Shown: positions 12,870 through 25,234 of the stretch, one piece after another
Layout of the letters: each line of letters begins with the position of its first letter
Position numbering within the stretch: the first letter of the stretch is position 1
Notes under the pieces: model-generated
Told to the model about the DNA's origin: nothing
Databases searched by the model: none
Seen by the model: the letters and a program-made list of their open reading frames with translations, nothing else
Translations under genes and position numbers: made by a program
DNA from: Octopus sinensis
Lineage: Eukaryota
Length of the DNA stretch: 64,000 nucleotides
Assembly: GCF_006345805.1 (NCBI RefSeq)
Contig: NC_043000.1
Span: 92,504,001-92,568,000 of the forward strand
Direction: 5' to 3'

Positions 12870-13513
12870 AATAACCTTTGCATTTGATTTTTTAATGTCT
12901 TTACCCCCATACTTTCGTGAGTTGAATTGAGCAAACACTATTTGAGAGAGATTTTCTTTAAGTATTAGAAATAGTTCTAAAAAAGTTTTTTTTAGCTACT
13001 ATTTCTAATGAGTTCAGTATGTGGCAAAGTAATTTATTTTACTAAGCCCTTTTATATAATGTAATAATTTGAATTCGCCTTAAATGGTCCCTTTACATAC
13101 TGAATACTTGGTGAAATTGATTAATAATTAATTAATTTTACCCTCAATTGTTGAAATTATATGTATATATATATATAAAGTTCTACTGAAACTATTATTC
13201 CTTATTCAAAAATTGAGTGATAGATTTGTGGTATGATGCCAATCTACACAAAATGGTTTTCATATCTGTTATGGTTGATTTAATTGACTTAACCTTTCTG
13301 CCTTCCAGTAGAAATGATCTGAATATCGGTAATTCAGTGATACTGGTTCTGTCTAATTAATCCAATATCATAGTACCATTTAGTTTCTGAAAAGTGGTAA
13401 AATAGAAAAAGTGCATTGTGTTTGTCTTCTTATCTGTATTTTTTTGCATTTTTATTTAAGCATTATCACATTTCCTACCAACAGATATGAACAGAACTGA
13501 AGAGATTTCTATA

Positions 13514-13717
13514 CAGAGTGGCCCAAAAGTAGTTCGCAGTCATCATGTAGGCACTTTAAATTTCCATCTTACAAACTGAAAAGGGAGCTTGACAAAATTA
13601 ACTAAATGATCATAGAATAATGGTTTCATATTCTTTTATAATTAAGGTCTAAACTGTTAATATATGGATGCAAAAGAGATAGTTGAATAACTGTAAACCT
13701 ACTTTTGGGCCACTCTG
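13514..13717. mobile_element. Tc1/mariner-type MITE
   Basis: 19-bp perfect TIR cagagtggcccaaaagtag / ctacttttgggccactctg, with TA at 13512-13 and 13718-19. Confidence 0.9.
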
Positions 13718-13822
13718 TATACTGCAAAATTACTGAAGTGTTAGTATTTTAAAGTGCCCATTCAATCAATAGTGGGAGTATTTTCCTTTCCTGTTCCCCT
13801 GTCTTCTGCTTTGCAAGTTATG

Positions 13823-14250
13823 AGGGTCAGCTGAAAAGTTCATTGGCTGACCAAGATACTCTCATGGAATGTGACCAAATGAGGTATATTTTTTTCACCA
13901 TAGTCCCCCTTGCAGTCCAAACATTTCTTCTTTCGGTGTTACAGTGCTCAGATCACATGGTGAAAAAAGTCAAAAAAGTCATCAACAGCAGATAAGACAT
14001 CATCATCACTGCAATACTGGTTCCCAGCCAAGTGCTTCATTTTTTTACATGTTGGTGAACAGATGATAGGCAGATGGTGGTAAAATCAGGTAAACGGGGA
14101 GCATTACCAACCAGTTCAAAGCCACAGTTATGCATAGCAGCCAGTGACACCAAGGACTTGTGTGCTGGGGAGCCACCCTGATGAAGCAAGAACACTTTCA
14201 AAGTTTTCTTTGAACAGTCAGACATCAGTTTGCCTGGAAAGAAACAATGC
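13823..14250 (-). mobile_element. Mariner transposon remnant
   Basis: Mariner-like terminus tgagggtcagctgaaaagtt. Minus ORF LLHQGGSPAHKS..GFELVGNAPRLPDF resembles the mariner HDNAPAH..HPPYSPDLAP region. Confidence 0.7.
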
Positions 14251-14315
14251 AGTTACACACACATATGTGCACATGCACACACACTCACATGCACACACAC
14301 ACACACATATATATG

Positions 14316-14567
14316 TGGAGGTGCATGGCTTAGTGGTTAGGGTGTCAGTACCATGATCGTAAGATTGTGGTTTCGATTTCTGGACCGGGCGACGCATTGT
14401 GTTCTTGAGCAAAACACTTCCTTTTACGTTGCTCTAATCCACTCAGCTGGCAAAAATGAGTAATGCTGTGATGGACTGGCATCCTGTCCAGCTGGGGAAC
14501 ACATACGCCATAGAAACTAGGACACCGGGCCCATGAGCCTGACTAGGCTATAAAAGTGTGCATTTAT

Positions 14568-14570
<3 letters not shown>
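14316..14570 (+). mobile_element. tRNA-derived SINE, family C (short form)
   Basis: ggaggtgcatggcttagtggttagg...gtttcgatt head. Reverse-complement copies at 33525-33780 and 50045-50280. Confidence 0.8.
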
Positions 14571-14610
<40 letters not shown>

Positions 14611-14810
14611 AATTATATAAATTTATTTCGTCATTATATTCACTCTAGTGGTATTTTCACCATATCGCACAAGGAGTTTTAGGCAGGCAATTTAAACTGG
14701 TCATATGCATACGTGCATATATCTCTATGTATACATTCGTATATGTAAGTATTTGTATGTTGTATTTATATGTATAAATATATATCTGTATTTATGTGCT
14801 ATCTGAGTAT

Positions 14811-14869
14811 ATTCAACTGATGAAGGCAGAGCATTTCTTATGCAGAATCAGAAATCCAGGATCTGGAAT
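14811..14869 (+). ncRNA. Decayed type I hammerhead motif
   Basis: attcaa CTGATGA ... GAAA tccagga t C tggaat. Near-palindromic stem III ATCC-A-GGAT and 5 of 6 stem I pairs, but the stem II base is degenerate. Confidence 0.45.
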
Positions 14870-15025
14870 TATCCAGTAATTTATTTTTGGCTAGTATATT
14901 TTGTGTCTTTGTCTTCTCTCCTGGTGCTGTATGAACATCTAATGTGGTATTAGAGTCAAGTTTTGGCTGCTATTTCCAGCGTGGTGGTATCTCTTAGATA
15001 CACTAAATTATAATTATATACATAC

Positions 15026-15066
<41 letters not shown>

Positions 15067-16380
15067 GGGCTTCTTTCAGTTTCTGTCTATCAAATCAGCT
15101 CACAAGGCTTTGGTCAGCCAAGAGCTATAGCAGTAGCCACTTGACCAAAGTTGCCAAGCAGTGAAACTGAACTGAAGACCATGTGATTGGTAAACAATCT
15201 TCTTACCACACAGCCACACCTGTACCAATTTGATGTAGCATTTTGTGAGAGTAGTACTTCCATTCAGGTATCTGTACAAGTTATTCTAAGCAGGTAGACC
15301 ACATAAACTGCTTCTGCTAAAGGCAAGTTGAACAAGTTAAGTTCTTAGCCCTTGGATAGAGCACAATGATCATCATTATAGCCAAGATAGATAGACAAGT
15401 AGAGAGAAACCAAAAAATCAGTTCCTACTTGATCTTTGGTCGTCTTATGAAAATGTAAACCAAACCAAAATCTGATTGAATAGCTTTTCAGTTTATTGTG
15501 TCTGTGAGTAATATATTATTGGCAGTTTTTTTTTTCTTACTCCTGACTTATCATTCATAATTTGTAAACCAAAATCTATTGTTTGTTATGGTCTGATTAC
15601 AACTGGTAAGTAATGAAGAAAAAAATGAGAGAGAACCAGAGAGAAAGAAAGAGAAATCCACCGAGAAAGAGAGAGAGAGAGCCAGAGAGAAAGATAGAGA
15701 GAGAGAGCCAGAGAGAAAGAGAGAGATAGAGAGCCAGAGAGAGAGAGAGAGTCGGAGAGAAAGAGAGAGAGAGAGAGAGAAAGAGAGCCAGAGACAGAGA
15801 CATATAGATAAACAGACAGACAGAGGGATTGGGGTAGGGAATGGAGGAAAGATAGAAAAGTAAGAAGAATAGAAGGAAGAAGAGGAGGTGGAGGAAGGAG
15901 AAGAAAAGGAAGAGGAGAAGGGGAAAAAAGAAGCAAAACCATGAGAAGAAGGAGTAGGAGGAAGAAGAAGAAGAAGAAGAAGAAAAAGAAGAAGAAGAAG
16001 AGTCAATGGGGGTAGGGAGAGGCTACTAAATAACTAGTAACAGAGTTAAATGAAATTACTTGAGAAGGTTAGTATGAAAGACTACATGGACTGTATTGGA
16101 TGCTGTTATATTTTGACACAGAGAGGAAGACAACGAAAGAGAAGGTGAAAGGGAGATGCAGAATGTGAGGAGGAAGAGAAATAAGATGTGAGAGAGAGGT
16201 GGGGAGAAAGAGGGAGAAACAGAGAGAAGGAGAGAGAAACAAGGAAAGATTATGCATGTGTGTATGTGTGTGTGTGTGTGTGGAAAAAGTGAAAGAGTTG
16301 ATAAAGTAATAGTGAAAGATGAAAATGTGAAAGAAAATGATTTGAAAGAAAGGGAAGACAGAGAAAAAGAGAAAAGAAAT

Positions 16381-16422
<42 letters not shown>

Positions 16423-17119
16423 GATGAAGAAAGAGAGGGAGAGTGAGACTTAATAAAGAGGGGGTGGAGTAAGAAAAATAAAGTGATTAAAAGTGGGATA
16501 ATTTGGAGAGCGTCTAAAGATTAATCCAAGAAGAACAAATAAGTGAAGGAAGAGACAAAGATGGCTGGAGTGAATGAAAACAAAACAAAGAAAAGAAGAA
16601 TCAATAAAGAGAGAGAAAAAGCAAGACATCTAAGGATATCTAGAGAGTTTGAGAGAAGGAGAGAGAAATGGAGAGCAGATTGGAGGTTTGGGGAGAGGGA
16701 AGTAGAAGGTGCGAGGTGCAAGGTTATGGAGAAGGAACGTATTGATTGTAAAATCGAAATCCTCTAAACTGGAAACAGTACAACATTCGGTATTTATCAA
16801 TGCTCTGTAAAATCAGGTTTTATCCCAGACAGGAATGTAGTTTTAAAGTTGAGTATCTAATACCAAGTTGTAGAAACAGACCAGAAGATCTCGATTATTA
16901 TCGATAACATTGTGATGATATCCATTCGCTTTACTGTTCAAAGCCTGCTTCCAAACAAAGGCGGTGTTTGTTTATTAGAAGTTTTATTTACCAGCCTATT
17001 ACTTATTAGTTCCTGAGATTATTCTGTTTATATAACTGAGATGAAAAAATATTTATTGGAGCTTCTAGACTTGCTCTATGAGAAAAATATCATGTCTGTT
17101 ATTTTGTTTATTGTTTTAG

Positions 17120-17290
17120 GCGCAGGCATGGCTGTGTGGTAAGACGCTTGCTTACCAACCCACCAACCACATGGTTTTAGTTTCAGTTCCACTGCATGAC
17201 ACCTTGAGCATTTATCTTCTACTATAGACTTCAGGCTGACCAATGCCTCATAAGTGAATTTGGTGGACAGAAACTGAAAGAAGCTTATCA
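17120..17290 (+). mobile_element. tRNA-derived SINE, family B (5' half)
   Basis: gcaggcatggctgtgtggtaag..gcttgctt.ccaaccac head, the most abundant family in the window. Confidence 0.8.
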
Positions 17291-17300
17291 TATGTGTGTG

Positions 17301-17337
<37 letters not shown>

Positions 17338-17452
17338 ATGCGTGTATATATATGTATATATATATGTGTGTGTGTATATATATATATGGATATATATATA
17401 TATATATATGTATGTATATATGTATGTATGTATGTATGTATTTTTTTTCCGA

Positions 17453-17526
17453 TAGCCGGATAACTGAAGAGATGGCAGCATGGATTTCCACCCCAACATC
17501 TGAAACTCGGAGTTTTATCATGGCTA
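17453..17526 (+). ncRNA. Type I hammerhead ribozyme motif with extended stem I
   Basis: TAGCC-G-GATAA CTGAAGA GATG..CATC T GAAAC TCGGA GT T TTATC-AT-GGCTA. Stem I has 5+5 bp around an internal loop and stem III is the near-palindrome ACTC-G-GAGT. Confidence 0.75.
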
Positions 17527-17621
17527 CCGAATAATTGTCACATATTACATTTACGGATAAATTCTTCTATTTATATAATATCGAGGTCTCTTTCATTCTT
17601 TTGTTGTCTTACCATTTCTAT

Positions 17622-17654
<33 letters not shown>

Positions 17655-17661
<7 letters not shown>

Positions 17662-17893
17662 GTCTGGGGTGAGTCATTCTCTTTTAGTGCCTTATTACTT
17701 AACACACACACTGGTTCAATTTCCACTCATTTACTTATTTATTTTTTCTAAAATTTTTGCTGCCTCTTGCAACTTCTTCAGGAGCCACAAAAATTTTAGA
17801 GAAGATAAAAATGTAAATGAGTGAAAATCGAACCAGTGAGTGTGTTAGATTAATAAGGCACTAAAAGAGAATGACTCTCCCCAGACACAATAA
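17655..17893. repeat. Fold-back element with ~104-bp arms and a decayed minus-strand hammerhead core in the loop
   Basis: 17655-17758 is the near reverse complement of 17789-17893. The minus strand of the loop reads gctc CTGAAGA AGTTGC AAGAG GCAGC AAAAATTTT. Confidence 0.85.
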
Positions 17894-18056
17894 AATATGC
17901 TTCAACACACGAACTTACATAAAGAATCTTGCAAACCAAATACAAAAACAAAATATATGTCCATATATATATTTATATACATACTTTCACTTCAAGTTAG
18001 TAAGGTTGCTATTCAGTAATGATACTGCCTCCATCATTAATATATATATATATATA

Positions 18057-18445
18057 GGCATGGTTGTGTGGTATGAAACTTGCTTCCCAACCACATGGTC
18101 CTGGGTTCAGTCCCATTGCATGGCACCTTGGGCAAGTGCCTTCTACTATAGCCTCGGGCTGACCAAAGCCTTGTGAGTGGATTTGGCAGACAGAAAGTGA
18201 AAGAAGTCCATCCTCTGTGAGTGTGTGTGTGTATGTGTGTATCTTTGTGTCCCACCACCACCACTTGTCATTCAGTGTTGGTGTGTTTACATCCCTGTAC
18301 CACAGCTGTTCAGGAAGAGAAACTGATTGAATAAATACCAGGTTTAACAAAATATAAATAATGGGATTGATTAATTCAACTAAATATTCTTCAAGGCAGT
18401 ACCCCAGCATGGCCACAATCAAATGACTCTAACACAAGTAAAAGA
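18057..18445 (+). mobile_element. tRNA-derived SINE, family B (full length)
   Basis: Head ggcatggttgtgtggta..., internal (GT)n, tail ...cccagcatggccacaatcaaatgact..acaagtaaaaga. Confidence 0.85.
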
Positions 18446-18751
18446 TATATGTATATCTGAGCACCTTAATACTACAGTATTCACCCTAAGAAAGTTTCCC
18501 GTATATACATATATGGGAGACTTTCTCAGGGTGAATACATTACATAAGTATATGTAATGAGCTTCCACACAGTCTCCACCAACAAAATACCCTCACAAGG
18601 CACTGATCAACCCATTTGAAGACACTTGCTCCTGGTGCCTCATAGTAGGGATGAACTTGAATACAAACGGTTGCAAAGCAAACTTCTTAACCACACAGCC
18701 ACATCTGTCCCTATGTTGAAGACTATGTTGATGTTATTTTATTTATTTATG

Positions 18752-19051
18752 CATCCTTTTCAAGCCTAGCCAGGCTCATGGGCCCGGTTTCCCAGTTTCT
18801 ATGGTGTATATGTCCCCATCAGCTGAACGGGACACCAGTCCATCGCAGCATTACTCAAGAAATAGGAAGAAAGAGTGAGAGAAAGTTGGGGCAAAAGAGT
18901 ACAACAGGGGTCGCCACCAACCCCTGCCAGAGCCTCGTGGAGCTTTAGGTGCTTTCGCTCAATAAACACACACAACGCCCGGTCTGGGAATCGAAACTGC
19001 GATCCTCTGACTGCGAGTACACTGCCCTAACCACTGGTCCATTGCGCCTCC
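18752..19051 (-). mobile_element. tRNA-derived SINE, family C (full length)
   Basis: Reverse complement of 62812-63125 (ggaggcgcaatgg..agtggttagggcag...gtttcgattccc). Confidence 0.85.
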
Positions 19052-19416
19052 CTATGTTGATGTAGTGTAATTATTAGCAGATTGTGTGAGGCTGAGTTCA
19101 AAGGATTGAATTTGGTTTAGAGACCTAAAACTGGAAAGCCTAAAGGCAAAATCAGTTCTCTTTGTTACTGGAAGGGTAACCATGATGGGAGGAAGATATT
19201 ACTAATTTTGTAATAGATATATATGGTAATTTATTGCAAATAATAATTTTTTTCTGTTTAATGACTGATAATTTGTTCGTAGATTGTCTGAAGATTTAAA
19301 AACAATTATTTTTTTAGAATAGAATATGTCTTCTAATCATTATCTTTCAATTTCCTTCAGAGACATATACCACTGAGTTTAACAACACCCACTAGTCTTA
19401 GATTGTCTTTGAAATA

Positions 19417-19738
19417 CAGTGGACTCTCGATTTATGAACATCTCCCATCCTAAACAAAATGGTTTACAAACAATACTTTTAACATAAAATGTCTCAGGTG
19501 ACAAACAATATCTTGAATAATGTATATGCAAGCTGGGAACAATGGTTGGCATCAAGATGGGTGTATTAGCAGGAGAGAGTCAGTTACTGTCTAGCTTTCA
19601 CCCAGTGGATATTCCTGCTTCAATTTGCCATGCCTTATTTTGAATTTCCTATGGAGGATAACAGTCTTGGTTTGCAAACATTTTGGGCAACAAACGACCT
19701 TCAGGAATGAATTAAATTTGTAAACCAAAGTTCAACTG
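19417..19738. mobile_element. Degenerate pogo/Tigger-like MITE
   Basis: ta|cagtggactctcgatttatgaac ... tttgtaaaccaaagttcaactg|ca gives imperfect CAGT-terminal TIRs. Confidence 0.55.
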
Positions 19739-20149
19739 CATTTGGATTAGACTCCAGTTCACTTCCCAAACTTACTTTTAGTGCAGATTTTAATTTCAAG
19801 GGGCAATGTTAAGATTACCAATGGGGTTTGGAGTTTACAAAGTTTACTGGTACTGCTCCGACCATTTTGACTAACACATAAAAAAGAAAAAATTGAAAAT
19901 TCTGTTAACAAATACTAATCGATTAAGGACTGTTTTCCATGCTGGCATGGGGTGGACGGCTTGACTGAGGTTTGGAGAGTCAGCAGCAGCACCAGGCTCC
20001 AATCAATATAGCAAGTACTAGGCTTAAAAAGAAACAAAAACAGTGTTGGAGGTGATTAAATTCAAATGAAGATAGTGCCCCAGCAAGGCCGTAATCCAAT
20101 AACTGAAACAAGCAAATGAAAGCTTTGATATCCATAATGTGTTGAGAGA

Positions 20150-20791
20150 GTGCAATTATTAGCACACCAGGAAAAATGCTTAGCAGCATTTCGCCCATTT
20201 CTGAGTTCAACTCCCACCAATGTCAACTTTGCCTTTCATCCTTTCAGGCATGATAAAATAAGTACCTGTTGAGTACTGTGGTCGATATAATCAACTTACC
20301 TCTTCCCTCAAAATTACTGCCCTTGTACCAAAATTTCAAGCCAATATTTGATAGCCATAAGTATTTGTTATAATATATTTTAATATATATTTTGCCGAGG
20401 TCGACTTTGCCTTTCATCCTTTCAGGGTCGATAAATTAAGTACCAGTTGCATACTGGGGTCGATCTAATTGACTGGCCACTTCCCCCAAAATTTCAGGCC
20501 TTGTGCCTAGAGCAGAAAAGAATATATTTTAACAATATATTTTAATAATAATATTGAAGGCAGCGAGCTGGCAGAAACATTAGCATGCCGGGCAAATGCT
20601 GAGCGGTATTTCGTCTGCTGTTTCATTCTGAGTTCAAATTCTGCCGAGATCGACTTTGCCTTTCATCCTTTCGGGGTCGATAAATTAAGTACCAGTTATG
20701 CATTGGGGTCGATGTAATCGACTTAATCTCTTTATCTGTCCTTGTTCGTCCCCTCTATGTTTAGCACCTTGTGGGCAATAAAGAAATAAGA
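20150..20791 (+). mobile_element. Cluster of three family A SINE copies or fragments
   Basis: The c/gactttgcctttcatcctttc.gg core recurs at about 20225, 20403 and 20652. Confidence 0.8.
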
Positions 20792-21819
20792 AAAGAATAT
20801 ATTTTAATACATATTGTACAGAATGGTCTACTTCCACTATTAATATTCCATGTGAAGATGGATGGTTCTTTGGTTAGAGTGTTACACTCACAATCCTGAG
20901 GTAGTGAGTTCAATTCCCAGACCAGGCTGTGTGTTGTATTCTTGAGCAAGACACTTTATGTCACATTGTTCCAGTTCACTCAGCTGTAGAAATGAGTTGT
21001 GACATCATTGGTGCCAAGCTGTATCATCCTTTGCCTTTCCCTGTGATAACACCAGGGGCATGTAGAGAGGAGGCTGGTTTGCATGGGTGACAGCTAGTTT
21101 CCATAAAAAAACCTTATGCAGACTTGTGCCTTGGAAGGGAACTTTCTATGTGCAATCTCATGGTCCATTCATGACTGAAGGGGGTCTTTTGCCCTTCTTA
21201 CCCTTTATATTGTACATGAGCAATTTTTACAATAACCAAATTTCTGTAACTCACAAACCCCACAAATAATTTGTATATAAACCTTTAGATAAACAACACT
21301 TAAAAAAAACACAAAAGTGGTTGCCAAATTTGATAACCACTAGTAACAATATATCTGAGCTGTATCCAAGAAGTTTGATATCTGTTCATATCTCTATAAG
21401 GGCTATTTACAAATATCTCTTTACACCTTGAGAATTGGTAACTGCTGGAATTTATAGACGTTTGTTTATACCTTGAGTATTGATATCCAATAGTATTTAT
21501 AGATGTGTGTTTACATGAACTTGAAGAACGGACTTAAAAACGATGGTGTCTAAAGGTACTGTATGGTGACAGCTTGGAAGTACTGCACAATGTGTGAAAG
21601 TACTGGAAAGAAGGATGTAAACTTTGAAATTTCATCTGGAGAATTGATGTTTGTTTACATTGTGGAGATTGCTACATCCATTGATATTTCGTAGTGTCAC
21701 TTGTCTTTTTATTTATTACAAACCATTGCACATATTGTGTCACAAGGGCAGCATACAGGCAAAAACAAAAACAAAATATAATAATAATAATAGTCGCAGT
21801 AGTAGTAGTAGTAGTAGTA

Positions 21820-21876
<57 letters not shown>

Positions 21877-21947
21877 GCAGTAGTAGTAGTAGTAGTAGTA
21901 ATAACAATAATGGTAATCACAGTAATAATCCCTTCTACTATAAGCAC

Positions 21948-22137
21948 GAGGCCTTGAATTTTAGGGGAGGAGGAGAGTTGATTAATTGACCCCAGCATTT
22001 GACTGATATCTAATTTATCAACCCCAAAAGGATGAAAGGCAAAGTCAACCTTGGCGGAATTAAAACCCAGAATGTAAAGATGGACAAAATGCTGCTAATC
22101 ATTTCACCCAGCATGCTAACAATTCTGCTGGCATACC
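21948..22137 (-). mobile_element. Family A SINE (reverse)
   Basis: aggatgaaaggcaaagtcaacc is the reverse complement of the family A core. Confidence 0.75.
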
Positions 22138-22191
22138 ACTTTAATAACGATAATAATGATGATGATAATAACAAAAATAATAATAATAATG

Positions 22192-22222
<31 letters not shown>

Positions 22223-22269
22223 TAATAATAATAATAATAATAATAATAATCATCATCATCATCATCACC

Positions 22270-22665
22270 ATCGTTTAATGTCCACTTTCCATGCTAGCAT
22301 GGGCTGGACAATTTGACTGAGGACTAGCGAACCAGATGGCTGCACCAAGCTTCAATCTGATCTGGCAGAGTTTCTACAGTTGGATGCCCTTCCTGATGCC
22401 AGCCACTCCGAGAGTGTAGTGGGTTCTTTTATGTGCCACCAGTACAAGGGCTAGTGAGGCGGTACTGGCATCGGCCACACTCAAATGGTGTTCTTTACAT
22501 GCCACCTGCACAGGAGCAAGTCCAGCGGTACTGGCAACAACCTCGCTCGAATGTTTTTTCACGTGCCAGCAAGGCAACACTAGTATCGATTATGCTCAAA
22601 TCGTGATTTTTACGTGCCACCGGCATGGAAGCCAGTCAGCTGCTCTGGCAACGATCATGCTCGGA
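22270..22665 (-). mobile_element. RTE-tail non-autonomous retroelement
   Basis: Reverse complement of the 180-640 family, abutting a (cat)n tail. Confidence 0.8.
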
Positions 22666-22673
22666 TAATAATG

Positions 22674-22734
<61 letters not shown>

Positions 22735-24414
22735 CAACAATAATAATATTTGTCTTGGTATAAAAGATGGACTACAGCAAATATTCTGTTCAATACTACA
22801 GATTTGCTTGTCAGTTGTTTGTCCTTAACCAGTTGAGCATGTCCCTTAGTGGCTGACAATATATGCATTTACTTACTGGTACTTGTCAGAAAACACTTAT
22901 GCTGCAAGCATAATGAGGCACAAGTATAGCTCAAAGGTGTAAGCTTAGATGTGTGGTAAAACAATTTGCTTCTTAATCTAGTGGTTCTGCGTTCAGTTCT
23001 ACTGTGTGGTGCCTTTGGCAAGTATCTTCTATTATAACCCCAAGCCAACCAAAGCCTTGTCAATGGATCTGATTGGTAGAAACTGAAAGAAGCCCACCTG
23101 ATAGGTATGTATGTGCATGTCATTATTTTGTTTTATTTCAAGATTTCTTGCAAATAACAAAAGAGCTGGCTTCTAACCTAGGTCCAAAAGTTCTTCATTG
23201 GAATTTCAACAACATCAACTGGGTATTTTTTAATGTATGTATGTGCTTATATGTGCAGTATTTGGAGTCAGTACATGTGCAGATTTGTATATGTTTTTGC
23301 TTTATGTATGCATTCTCATGCATATTGTTGCATGTATGTATATACGTATCAATGTTTTTCCTTTGAGTTTCAATTAAGTTCTTCCTGAGAGAGTTCAAGC
23401 TGGTCTTTAACAAAGTGACAAGTTATTTTGAATTAAAAGAATTCTCAGTGTTTGTAAATATATGGTTGAGTTGGTGTGTTGGTTAAACTGTCAATACATA
23501 CACCCAAGTGTATGCATCTATTCATATAAAAATCTGAGGTGGAGAATTTTTGGAATGTCTTATAAATCTTTACTGTGCCACTAATAGATTAGATTTGGAG
23601 ACTCTACATCAGTTTCTTTTGCTATTTTCCTGTCAAACTGAATATTTCTAGGTTTTTGTGCAAGACATTCCAGTAAAGTATTGGGGTCTATTTTACCGTC
23701 TGATTGGTTTTATGCTTGTTAAATATCTAAATAGCAAAGGCACATGGCCTGGTGGTTAGGCTGTTGCCCTCATGATTGCTAGATCATGGGTTTGATTGGG
23801 TGGCGTGTTGTGTACTTAAGCAAAGCATGACATTTCACATTGGTTCAGTACCCTTTCGATTGGGGGAGGCGGGATTGTTGGCCTGCTCACCTAGCCAGCG
23901 GGGGTGGCATCATTTGAAGGCTAAAACAATGCATAATGCATTGTAACCAGCGATGTGTAACAAGATCTGATAGCCTTGTCAGACACATGATCATGTGAAT
24001 ATCTAAATAATCAAATGTTTTTATTCTATCTTCAACAACATTGTTCTGCTTTTCCAGACAAATGAAATCTCAGTAATGCATGGTGATATTATTGGCATTT
24101 TTTAACCTCCAATCCACAAGTCTGAAACATATCATCCTTTTTGAGGTATCTTGTACTGTGTTCTTCCTAAATTTAAGAGGACACTGTAATACAGGGAATA
24201 TTTGGTTGCTATTTCTAGCAAATTAGGTGTCCACATAGATATTCCTTCATTGACCTGGCTGTCCTCTTATATTGATTTCAAAAGTAGCAGAGAGCACTTT
24301 ATGATTGATGAGTGTTTTGTTAACATAAAATGATATGTTTAAATTCCCAGGAGGAACTGGAGTAAATAACACTAAACCATTTTATTATATCTGGCCTTGA
24401 ATAATTACATACAG

Positions 24415-24543
24415 ATGAAATCTGTAATGCAATCAAAAAGGCTGAGAAGCCAGTGAGAAGTTGCAGAGTCTTTAATACTCCACTGGAAATAGTATACAGA
24501 ATAGAGAATCTTTGTTCAGCTTTCTGTCTGTTGTTCCATTCTG
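24415..24543 (+). CDS. Weak candidate exon (EICNAIKKAEKPVRSCRVFNTPLEIVYRIENLCSAFCLLFHS)
   Basis: cag|...|gtatag, 129 nt, symmetric phase 1, open frame in unique DNA. Splice signals are weak and there is no recognised homology. Confidence 0.15.
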
Positions 24544-24556
24544 GTATAGGTTAGAT

Positions 24557-25234
24557 CAGGGATTCTCAACCGTTTTCTATCGATGGACCCCTTTGATTAC
24601 TCTTTCATTCTGGTGGACTCCCTTAGCCATTCGATAATTAAAAACTAGTTTTATAAAAATTTCTTTCAAAATTTCACATGTGAAATTTGACTGGTGACTA
24701 TTGGTGCTGCCACCTATGGTTGCTTTCAGGGTAATAGACAGAGAGAAAGGGGGATTGCTAAGAAATAGAAGGAAGGGAGAAATTTCCCTTAAAGGGAGAG
24801 AACTGTTCAGGACTTATAATGTTTTGTTTGTTCGTTTTTTGCTTTATTATTATACGATAACTTTTTCTTATGAGTAAGAGAACATATGAAGAATATTTCC
24901 ATACAATACATTGTTTTTCTCTTGCCTTTCCATTTTTGATGTCCTAGTAGCTGTACATAATGTTATTTCACTCTTGTTGTAGCTTATCGATACAACATAG
25001 CTTCTATTTTGCCTTTCACACATTAATTTGTTTAAGTTGCGTGATATAAAATGTTTGTGAAAGAAACTTTATTATTTCTTGCAACACATACCAATAGATA
25101 TATCAAATCCAAAATTTTTTCAGTGGCCCTTAGAATACTATTATGGTTTCCCAATTTATTATTTTATTGCATGAACCCCGAAAATTCATATATGGATCCT
25201 CAGGGGCCATATAGACCCCACTTGAGAACCGCTT
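24557..25234. mobile_element. hAT (Charlie-like) non-autonomous element
   Basis: Termini cagggattctcaac / cttgagaaccgctt. The 8-bp flanks ggttagat / agctagat match partially. Contains the 20-bp palindrome aaatttcacatgtgaaattt at 24669-24688. Confidence 0.65.

Larger units (their letters stand above)
12131..13160. mobile_element. Inverted array of ~565-bp hammerhead-bearing monomer (PLE pLTR- or retrozyme-like), locus 1
   Basis: aaattattacatt recurs at 12131 and 12696 (period 565). 12704-13070 is the reverse complement of 12131-12499 and 13071-13160 is the reverse complement of 12606-12695. Flanked by (TA)n on both sides. Confidence 0.85.

Noticed and set aside
12269-12934. ORFs MLNSTHESMGVK... 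on both strands and MLILTHAGGK... as a possible small protein of the monomer
   Set aside because: They are duplicated only because of the inverted repeat. Frames are not preserved between loci 1 and 2, and there is no RT or GIY-YIG motif.
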